A stretch of 64,000 nt of DNA from a virus, in the IMG/VR virus record IMGVR_UViG_3300045988_173642, positions 32,001 to 96,000 of that record; one strand, written 5' to 3'. The position numbers and the translations under genes were made by a program. The notes under the pieces are model-generated. The model was not told the DNA's origin. It saw only the letters and a program-made list of their open reading frames with translations, and searched no databases. Shown here one piece after another: positions 38,017 through 45,465 of this stretch; within the stretch, counting starts at the first letter, position 1, and the number at the start of each line of letters is the position of its first letter.

Positions 38017-38565
38017 TCAATTGTCCCACTTATCGTTGATAGTGATGTAAACTGCACTGCTTTCCGCAATGCGTTCGGAGCGAATGGGCAAGATGCAGTA
38101 GTTTGTCTTCTGTCCTGCTTTCGTCACATTGCCATGAGGCACAAAGGTGTAATAGTCGCCTGTACCAAACTGAGTGCTGTCAAGTTGGTAATTCCGGTCT
38201 TCTGGCGCATCGTAGCAGAGGATGCGCTGTCGGCTGTTCCAATAATCAGACGGAAGAGACACGTTTTTCAGTAGCGCCACGACCTCTAATTTCCTCGGGA
38301 TTCTATAACGCGAGCCGTGCAACAACACGGAAGGGCTGGGCAAATCAAACAGGCGCACATCGGTGATTTCGTTTCGCGCAACATAGAACTTCGCCGTGTC
38401 GTTTTGCGCAATCATGATTTCGTCTGGCGTATCGCCAGGGTAGGTGCCGCCTCCTGGCTCCTCGGTTGGTGGTTCTTCTTCGTCATCGTTGAAAACAATA
38501 GGGTGATAGCAGGCAGACAACAAGCAGGCTGCGAAACAAGTAGTGAACAATGCGAAAATCTTCAT
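38017..38565 (-). CDS. lipoprotein (start refined to MKIFALFTT)
   Basis: Lipobox LLSAC after a hydrophobic signal, then an acidic Pro-rich linker. Confidence 0.55.
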   Translation of the reverse strand: MKIFALFTTCFAACLLSACYHPIVFNDDEEEPPTEEPGGGTYPGDTPDEIMIAQNDTAKFYVARNEITDVRLFDLPSPSVLLHGSRYRIPRKLEVVALLKNVSLPSDYWNSRQRILCYDAPEDRNYQLDSTQFGTGDYYTFVPHGNVTKAGQKTNYCILPIRSERIAESSAVYITINDKWDN

Positions 38566-38694
38566 GAGATGGAATTGTGGATTTAATGATGAAACGGACA
38601 GGGCGCCTGCAATCAGACGTAAACATTTAAAACGAAAAGCATCCGGCAAACGCATGAGCGTTAACTCACGCCTCGCCAGATGCTCTTGGTTGTT

Positions 38695-39648
38695 TTAGAT
38701 TTGAATTTCGTTGCCTTCGGCGCTCCAAGCGTCGTTCAACGTAATAGAAAGGCCCTGCTGATGATTGTAGAATGAGCCTGTAATGGTTGTCACCTTGTTG
38801 CGCTCCAGCTTCACGCCCGGCACTGTGATTGTGGAGAAGGGCGTGCCTTGTTTCCGATTGGTAGTGAAGGTGACATCGGTAGTGTAGCCTTCTTCTGGCA
38901 CAAGCAAAAAATAAGAAACAGTAGTTCCTTTCTTGCCTGCCAACGACGATACGTCTGAAATCCTCTGATTTTTCACCTTCCCGATGACGGAGAAGTCGGC
39001 AAAAGAAAACTGCCGGTATTCGTCTAAGTCAACATCGATGGTGGAGCAATCGGCTGGAAACTCATCGGTGCTGTTCACTTTAAGGCGTGCCACCAATCGG
39101 TCTAACACTATGCTGACGGCCTGACTTTGCCCAATGCCCACCGTCACCTCTTTCAGAGCGCCGAAACTATCTGAGGTCTTGTCGCTCGTCCAGCAAACTG
39201 GCACGGAAGCGGATGAAACAGGCGTCAGAATGTTGGGAGTTAACGCCCATGGTGATGCTGCTGCATCCAACAACGAGGGCGACACACTGGCCGTTGCCAC
39301 CACTTTCAAAACGTGATCGCCGTAATCCAACGTTAAATCGGGTTCGGCAAAATCGTCCGCCGTGCTTGTCTGGTGCAGCACTTGCAACAAGCGGCCCGAC
39401 GCTTTGTCGTAGTCGAAGATGTAGAGGTCGGTGAGTTCTCTGCCGTTGGCTGTCAGTACGGCGCGTGGCGCAATGCCTTGCGGCGTTCCCTTCGCCTGGC
39501 TTCCAGCCTTAAATCCGCAAACGAGTTTGATGTGTGCCTTGCCTGCAGGTGTTGTTTCGCCACCTGGTTCAAGGGGTGTGGCTTCATTGTCGCATGATGT
39601 GACCACACACATGGTGGCCATCATCGCCGAAAAAAGGATATTCTTCAT
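38695..39648 (-). CDS. fimbrillin-like (FimB/Mfa2-type) lipoprotein
   Basis: Lipobox VVTSC, ~300 aa, beta-rich, with an LDRLVARLKVN-type motif common in Bacteroidota fimbrial subunits. Family call is from memory only. Confidence 0.4.
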   Translation of the reverse strand: MKNILFSAMMATMCVVTSCDNEATPLEPGGETTPAGKAHIKLVCGFKAGSQAKGTPQGIAPRAVLTANGRELTDLYIFDYDKASGRLLQVLHQTSTADDFAEPDLTLDYGDHVLKVVATASVSPSLLDAAASPWALTPNILTPVSSASVPVCWTSDKTSDSFGALKEVTVGIGQSQAVSIVLDRLVARLKVNSTDEFPADCSTIDVDLDEYRQFSFADFSVIGKVKNQRISDVSSLAGKKGTTVSYFLLVPEEGYTTDVTFTTNRKQGTPFSTITVPGVKLERNKVTTITGSFYNHQQGLSITLNDAWSAEGNEIQI

Positions 39649-39730
39649 GATTATTGATTAATTGATTAAGTAAATAAATTAATGTTTTATGCAAAAAATC
39701 TGCATAATATGCTAATTTGTTGACTTCTCG

Positions 39731-41428
39731 TCATCGCGTGCAGGCAAATCCACCTGCAATCAACGGGAACAAGAAGAAGGGCAAACCAAACAACGACAAG
39801 GCCGCGGAGAGGGCAATAAATGCCAGCACCCAGGTCAGCAATTGACAGAGGATGTTTTTAGGCTTTAACCGCTCGCGCCTGGCCCTTTCCCGTTCTTCGC
39901 GTTCTTCGCGTTCAAATTCTGCGTCTCTCTTCTTAAAGTACTCCTCGTCGTCCACCATAATGTAATGGCGCTTTGGTTGACGTTTTTTAGGTACATCAAA
40001 CATGGCTTTCAGCCGTTCTAATTCGGCCTCGTATTCTGGCGTGCCTTCTTGGTCGACGACGGCACGTTCAAGGGCGATAACTTGTTGTTCGTCTACGGCT
40101 TCATCCGCCGCAGGCGAATCCGTAGTTACCGCAGGCGCATCCGCCGTTATTTCAAGGGCGGTAACTTGTTCCGCCGTAGGCGCATCTTCCATTATGGCAG
40201 GCGCATCCGCCACATTCTCCTGCACTTGTTCTGGCTTTTGAATCTCTGAGACGACCGATTCTTCCACCCTTCCATCTACACACACAATCACGTCACCGTG
40301 CAGACTCACTTCAATCTGGCATCCAGGACTCAATCTCTTCGACATAAAAGAGCGTTCACTGCCGCAGTTGGCATGGGCAAAACGGTGCCCATTCATTTCC
40401 ACTTCGTCAAAGTCGGCCACATAAGTGACCTTACCCGTCTTTTCGCCAATGGTGGTATGATACCAACGGTAAATGGTTACGGCCTTGTGTATCGGGCGAA
40501 ATTTAAACGCGCAGTTGAATTTCGCATCATGATTTGTGCAGCCAATGCGGTCATAAACCGCGTAATCATCAAACTTAAATACCAGTCCATCGGTCGGCCA
40601 CGGCAACTCGGCACGGCGCGTTTCGGCTTCACACACAATTTGCTCCACCGCCTGCTCCAACTCTGCCATGTTGCCATTGAAATGAAAACCATCCACCATG
40701 CCTGAAATCAAGAACCCAAGGCGCTCCAGTTCACGCATCGCATCGCATTGTGTAGAGTAAGCGTCCGACAGCAAGCGGAAAGGGTGGAACTCCAACAGGC
40801 GACAATCGGCAGCCACGGCTATTTTCTTTGACATGATGCCGTTGCTCGTCACGCGCGGTGATTTCCCAGCCTTGCTATAACGAGAGAAGGTGTCAAGAGA
40901 AATGATCACCTCCCCGCGTACCTCCGTGCGAGGTGTGTCGCGCCAGGCTTCCACATATCCAGGCACGCCCTGCACGTGGCGAATGTGCGCCAAACAGTCG
41001 TTGCCCATCAACTCTTTTCCGTGGCCGTAGGTAGCTTCAGCAAGATGCCCATTAATATATACAAGTGCCACCGTTTCGCCGTCAAATTTCCATTCGACAT
41101 CGATAAAGACATCTTCAAGACGTGCAGCCGTCTGCTGCGCTTTAAGGTATTTCACCATGTCTGCCGCGGTATGCACTTTCTTCATAGATAGGCAGGGCGT
41201 GCGGCGTGCCACGGTGCGTTTCCCGTTCCCGTTCTCGCTATAGCACGTCTGCGTCGGCGAATCGGCCAACACGTCCTCCGGGTGCTTGTCCTCATATTCC
41301 TGCAAGGCAAAATAAAGCGCATCATACGCTTCGTCGCTGATTTCCGGCGCATTCAGCGTAAAATATAGGTAATCGTGCTTTTTAACCTGGTCAACGGCAG
41401 CACAATAGTCTTTCTGTGTCTCAATCAT
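39731..41428 (-). CDS. NAD-dependent DNA ligase-like protein (Ia + adenylation + OB) with acidic repeat linker and hydrophobic C-terminal tail
   Basis: N-terminus ...YLYFTLNAPEISDEAYDALYFALQEYEDKHPE...DSPTQ, KxDG motif EWKFDG. No Zn/HhH/BRCT-like part. C-terminus ILCQLLTWVLAFIALSAALSLFGLPFFLFPLIAGGF. Confidence 0.6.
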   Translation of the reverse strand: MIETQKDYCAAVDQVKKHDYLYFTLNAPEISDEAYDALYFALQEYEDKHPEDVLADSPTQTCYSENGNGKRTVARRTPCLSMKKVHTAADMVKYLKAQQTAARLEDVFIDVEWKFDGETVALVYINGHLAEATYGHGKELMGNDCLAHIRHVQGVPGYVEAWRDTPRTEVRGEVIISLDTFSRYSKAGKSPRVTSNGIMSKKIAVAADCRLLEFHPFRLLSDAYSTQCDAMRELERLGFLISGMVDGFHFNGNMAELEQAVEQIVCEAETRRAELPWPTDGLVFKFDDYAVYDRIGCTNHDAKFNCAFKFRPIHKAVTIYRWYHTTIGEKTGKVTYVADFDEVEMNGHRFAHANCGSERSFMSKRLSPGCQIEVSLHGDVIVCVDGRVEESVVSEIQKPEQVQENVADAPAIMEDAPTAEQVTALEITADAPAVTTDSPAADEAVDEQQVIALERAVVDQEGTPEYEAELERLKAMFDVPKKRQPKRHYIMVDDEEYFKKRDAEFEREEREERERARRERLKPKNILCQLLTWVLAFIALSAALSLFGLPFFLFPLIAGGFACTR

Positions 41429-41475
41429 GTCAAATATAATGTTAGTGTTTCTAATTTGTGTCTATAACTGGAGGA

Positions 41476-41946
41476 TCAATCCGCCTCAAACCAGAACTGG
41501 TCGTACTTAACAGCATCGATGGCGGCTGCAACGTTGTCGGCTATTGGATGACCGATGTCTAATTTCGCGTAAACGCTTAAGCGGGCACCAGATTTGAAGA
41601 AAAGCATCATCGCATCTTCTTCAAAATCGCCGCCCTCTTCCGGCGCCCAAAATTGGTAACTCTCCACTTCGCGAGCATCAAAAGTCAATATACTACCGTC
41701 GCAGTCTGACTCTTCGTCAAATCTACGCGCGGAGATATATGGCCACACTCTTTGTCGTTCGCTCTTCGCCGTTCCCTCCTGCTTATCCGGAGAAACGGCC
41801 ATAATTGCGCGGATGGTGTCAGTCAGATATTTGCTGCCACCATGTCCAAAAATCCATTGATGCACATCGTCGGGCACCACATATTGATGCTTTCGGCCTT
41901 CAGCGGCAGGACGACCGACCTTCGCGTTTGTTTCGTTGTTGTTCAT
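41476..41946 (-). CDS. hypothetical protein
   Basis: 156-aa ORF. Confidence 0.5.
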   Translation of the reverse strand: MNNNETNAKVGRPAAEGRKHQYVVPDDVHQWIFGHGGSKYLTDTIRAIMAVSPDKQEGTAKSERQRVWPYISARRFDEESDCDGSILTFDAREVESYQFWAPEEGGDFEEDAMMLFFKSGARLSVYAKLDIGHPIADNVAAAIDAVKYDQFWFEAD

Positions 41947-41980
41947 GTTCGTGTTATTTTTTAATTTTAATCTGCATTTT

Positions 41981-42012
41981 TTTGCTTGACAAAAATAAAT
42001 TTATTATCTTTG
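41981..42012 (+). promoter_or_regulatory. Bacteroidota-type promoter (TTTG -33, TATCTTTG -7)
   Basis: TTTG at 41981-41984 and TATCTTTG at 42005-42012, with a 20-nt spacer. Confidence 0.55.
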
Positions 42013-42019
42013 CAATGTC

Positions 42020-42162
42020 TTCGGAGGCTTTTAATCGAACCATCATGGAATTGAAAGAAAAATACACTTCCGTGGACACGCTCTAAGAGCGAATTTCTAC
42101 TATTGTAGATTGCGAGCGGAAGGCTCGCACCAGCCCTGGCCTATGTGCCGGGGCTTTTTTAT
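42020..42162 (+). ncRNA. candidate ~140-nt small RNA (or 13-codon leader peptide mRNA)
   Basis: The promoter above, an internal hairpin GCGAGC-GGAAG-GCTCGC, and terminator AGCCCTGGC-CTATGT-GCCGGGGCT plus TTTTTT. The only ORF is a 13-aa one (MELKEKYTSVDTL). Confidence 0.4.
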
Positions 42163-42164
42163 TG

Positions 42165-42215
42165 CTTGTCACTCCAACAGGAATCGAACCTGCACCATGC
42201 CGACCACGGAGAGCG
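42165..42215 (-). other. tRNA-like T-arm/acceptor element E0
   Basis: Minus strand reads CTCTCCG-TG-GTCGGCATGGT-GCAGG-TTCGATT-CCTGT-TGGAGTG-A. T-loop fits TTCRANY; the flanks pair at 6 of 7 positions. Confidence 0.35.
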
Positions 42216-42284
42216 GTGGGGCGTCGCTATCCTCACGGACAACGACAGCCTAAAAACAAAAAAGATTATGAATTTAAATAACGT

Positions 42285-42335
42285 GTTGCCGCCAGCGGAG
42301 TCGAACCGCTGCAAGGCCAGACCGGGCGCGGATGC
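42285..42335 (-). other. tRNA-like T-arm/acceptor element E3
   Basis: Minus strand reads CCGC-GCCCGGTCTGGCCTTGC-AGCGG-TTCGACT-CCGCT-G-GCGG. Preceded by hairpin GCCTCG-CGAAAAAA-CGAGGC. Confidence 0.35.
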
Positions 42336-42365
42336 CTCGTTTTTTCGCGAGGCTATAAAGAGGGA

Positions 42366-43250
42366 TTAATCCACTTTTAAGTTAATTACACCAATCGCAT
42401 AGTGCCAGTCGTCTTCTTCGTAATCCATAACGCATCCACCAGGACGCTCAAAGACATCATAGGCCGTCCCGACACGTCGCCACAGGCTCCAGCCGCTGCG
42501 ACGCTCAAAATGCTGAATCTGTAGGTGATTTTCTTTGGCCATTGTTTTTGCTTCATCGAAGGACTTAAAGCCAACGATGGCAGGATGAAGGTGGCTGGGG
42601 TAGCCGATAGCGCTGTTTGTCGTCTGAATAACCTTCAAGTCACCATCCGCCAATTCTTCCAATTCGTCATCTGAAGGGGCAACGATAATGTCCTCTTTGT
42701 CGCAAATCTCTTGCAGGCTCATAACCTCCGGGAAATCGTAATCATTATCTTCCGTGACGCTCTCCTCAAATTCTTCCCTATATTCCCGTATGGTGGCATT
42801 CCATTCTTCTTCAATGCTACGAAAATCTGAATATGGTATCACCTTTTCTCCAGTTTCGTGATCGCGTTCCACCTTATTTTCAATGTCGCCGATAATATCA
42901 TGGAGTTCAGACCAGATAAAACCTTTTCGGCAAAGGTGCTGTTTAACCCTATCAACGGCTGCGTAATTCACCGAAGTCCATACGTCGTCACATAGGTCGT
43001 CATCAGCGGCTTCAACATTAATCACGTCAGCCACCATAATCTCGCAATCATCGACGTACGAACCATAACCGTCTTCATAGTTCATCAACGAGTAGCAGCC
43101 ATTATACTGGCTAACGGGGTAGCATCCAGTGTCATGGGCGACCGCCAGAGGCTCAACGCCGGGCATTTCATACGTATCTGCCAAGAACACCTGCTGGCCC
43201 TTATAGCGATAAATATACTTAGGGAGTTGTTTGTTATTCTGTTTCTCCAT
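42366..43250 (-). CDS. hypothetical, strongly acidic protein
   Basis: 294-aa ORF with many D/E runs. A TAACTTTG box lies on the minus strand (complement of 43326-43333). Confidence 0.6.
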   Translation of the reverse strand: MEKQNNKQLPKYIYRYKGQQVFLADTYEMPGVEPLAVAHDTGCYPVSQYNGCYSLMNYEDGYGSYVDDCEIMVADVINVEAADDDLCDDVWTSVNYAAVDRVKQHLCRKGFIWSELHDIIGDIENKVERDHETGEKVIPYSDFRSIEEEWNATIREYREEFEESVTEDNDYDFPEVMSLQEICDKEDIIVAPSDDELEELADGDLKVIQTTNSAIGYPSHLHPAIVGFKSFDEAKTMAKENHLQIQHFERRSGWSLWRRVGTAYDVFERPGGCVMDYEEDDWHYAIGVINLKVD

Positions 43251-43424
43251 AATCCAGACTTCACCGTGTTGTCGAGGGCTTAATGTGTTAATGTTCTTTA
43301 TTAATTATCTTCTTGTTTACATCTGCAAAGTTAGCAATTATATTTGAATCCGCCAATTAAAAATACATATAAATTCAAATTTAATTGTATTTTATTCGTG
43401 ATTAAACATTTTACAGACGTTTTT

Positions 43425-43480
43425 GCACCCGTCGGCGGAATCGAACCGCCGCAAGGCCATCCAGGCACGGGATTCCTGGG
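43425..43480 (-). other. tRNA-like T-arm/acceptor element E1
   Basis: Minus strand reads CCCGT-GCCTGGATGGCCTTGC-GGCGG-TTCGATT-CCGCC-G-ACGGG. The interior is nearly identical to E3, while both stems differ and still pair. Confidence 0.35.
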
Positions 43481-43485
43481 CTGCG

Positions 43486-43683
43486 TCAAAAGGTTTGGCG
43501 CAAGCAGGTGAACAGTGCGTCTAGTCCCATGTTGTACTCTATGCGCTCCTTGCTGCCGAACTCGTCGGGATTGGGAGAATTGAGGGTGATATACTCTATG
43601 ATGCGTGTCATGGCCTCACGGAGGCTCGCCTTGTCCATATCTATTGTTATAACTGTCTTTTCCATTGTCGTTTTGATTTGCAT
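43486..43683 (-). CDS. hypothetical protein (N-terminus MEKTVITIDMD shared with 44372-44800)
   Basis: 65-aa ORF. Confidence 0.45.
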   Translation of the reverse strand: MQIKTTMEKTVITIDMDKASLREAMTRIIEYITLNSPNPDEFGSKERIEYNMGLDALFTCLRQTF

Positions 43684-43976
43684 TTTAGATAATTGAATTA
43701 TTTGCGAATGTTAATACCTTCTTTATCTTCCCTCAAAGTACGTCTTTATCTCTTGGTCGGTACTCTGTTTTGTTAATTGTTAAATCATATTGTTTTGCCT
43801 AAAAATTGAAAATCTCTGATTTTTCGCACACTCTATAACGAGGCATGTGTTACCACTTTATAGAGATAACCGTCGCTACGAACATAACCACCACGCCGAA
43901 GCCGAGGTACTGCCAAACTTATAATAATCTATTTTTGCCATAATTTTCTGTCGTTTTTTAGGGGTTCTATAATATA

Positions 43977-44228
43977 CTATTCGTTAATAATTTCAATTCG
44001 TAACAATTCATTATCCACATGGATTTCGTACCCCTTATAATTGATGCCATAGCCTATGCAACCATAGCTACAAAAAAGAGGTTCACAAATCATTCTGGAG
44101 CCATACCAGGTGAATCCACATGGATTACGATTATATCCATTAAGCCAATTTTCGCAATCGCCACAACGTTTTAAAATAGTGTTGATTAGGCGCTTCAATT
44201 CGTTAGGTATCTCTTTCGGTGCTCTCAT
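43977..44228 (-). CDS. hypothetical Cys-rich protein
   Basis: 83-aa ORF preceded by the CCTATTATAGA motif. Confidence 0.5.
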   Translation of the reverse strand: MRAPKEIPNELKRLINTILKRCGDCENWLNGYNRNPCGFTWYGSRMICEPLFCSYGCIGYGINYKGYEIHVDNELLRIEIINE

Positions 44229-44371
44229 TTTCCGTCGTTTTTTTTTAAGATTCTATAATAGGTTTTATTTTCTGGGCGTGTGCGGAATCCTTAAAATTTC
44301 ACACACGCTATAAATAGGGAGATTATCAAGCCGCCAGGGTTTGCTGCCCTGGCTGGCTTGTGTGGTGCGTG

Positions 44372-44800
44372 TCATCTCCTTGCAGACTCCTGCATCATTC
44401 CCACCATAACAATTTTTTTTGGGACGGAGAGATGACGGCCGGCAGAGGCGGGGGCGGCACACACGGCTGCTCCGTAGTATATCAGAATGCGGGTAAGGTA
44501 ATCGAGGGAGGAGCACCAAACGGGCAGTGGGGCGGCGTGGGAAACCGAGAGTGCGGCATTCACAGACATAAAATCGGCATCGGCGGGGATGGCGTCGCGG
44601 TCCGCGGTGGGCGCGTTGTGGGCTAACCAATCGCGTACATTTTCGCGTAGACTGGCGGGCGCATTGTATCGCACGCCCAAAATGGAAAAAGTTTTTCCGT
44701 TTTTTCTGCCGTCGGCAATATCAACCAGCGCCAGTCCTTCTGCGGGTGCTTCGTCGTCCTGTGCGGCGTCCATGTCGATGGTGATAACTGTATTTTCCAT
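44372..44800 (-). CDS. hypothetical protein
   Basis: 142-aa ORF preceded by the CCCCCTATTATAGAC motif. Contains a 60-bp exact repeat also present in 47042-48712. Confidence 0.5.
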   Translation of the reverse strand: MENTVITIDMDAAQDDEAPAEGLALVDIADGRKNGKTFSILGVRYNAPASLRENVRDWLAHNAPTADRDAIPADADFMSVNAALSVSHAAPLPVWCSSLDYLTRILIYYGAAVCAAPASAGRHLSVPKKIVMVGMMQESARR

Positions 44801-44838
44801 GTTTTTATCGTTTTAGTGGTTGTCTATAATAGGGGGAC

Positions 44839-45126
44839 TTATCGCAATTCGCTTAATTCCACACTGCCGTATATCAATTTACATTGCAGATCGTAGAAGA
44901 ATCCGGAAGCGTTGTCGCGTTTTTCGTCGGCCTTCAGCCGCTTAATCTGCTCTTCTCGTGGCGCGTTTTCGTCCTCATACGCGAAAGTGCCATCTTCGAT
45001 GCAGCATATAATGGTCTTCACCAATCGCTGAAATCCTGCCTTGGTTGAAGGCCAGGTGCCGAACAAGCTGAAAGAACTAAGCGTTTTCCACTCGTCGCAG
45101 GTGTTCAAAATTAAAATTTGTTTCAT
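44839..45126 (-). CDS. hypothetical protein
   Basis: 95-aa ORF. Confidence 0.5.
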   Translation of the reverse strand: MKQILILNTCDEWKTLSSFSLFGTWPSTKAGFQRLVKTIICCIEDGTFAYEDENAPREEQIKRLKADEKRDNASGFFYDLQCKLIYGSVELSELR

Positions 45127-45138
45127 TATGTATCACTT

Positions 45139-45423
45139 TCAATCATACAATATTACGCGGTCATGTGTGATGGTGATTTCAGCCGGTAGATATATATTAT
45201 CGCAATGGCCGCGGGCATTGGCAAACGTCCAGCGTTCCCCTATCTTATGTGTATAAGCAAGGATGGCGGCGGTTTTCTTGAAGAGTCCTGCGGCTTTGCG
45301 CATGCCATGCAAGAACTTCACCACGTCGGTTTCTTCGCACGACAAAGTTGTAATTAACTGCTTAATTTCTCCGCCGACGCACAACACGAAGGCATAAACT
45401 TTTCGACTTTCCATAATCTTCAT
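45139..45423 (-). CDS. hypothetical protein
   Basis: 94-aa ORF preceded by CCCCCCTATTATAGAAC. Confidence 0.5.
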   Translation of the reverse strand: MKIMESRKVYAFVLCVGGEIKQLITTLSCEETDVVKFLHGMRKAAGLFKKTAAILAYTHKIGERWTFANARGHCDNIYLPAEITITHDRVILYD

Positions 45424-45465
45424 TTTTTAAACGTTCTATAATAGGGGGGAACGTCCCCCGTAGCC

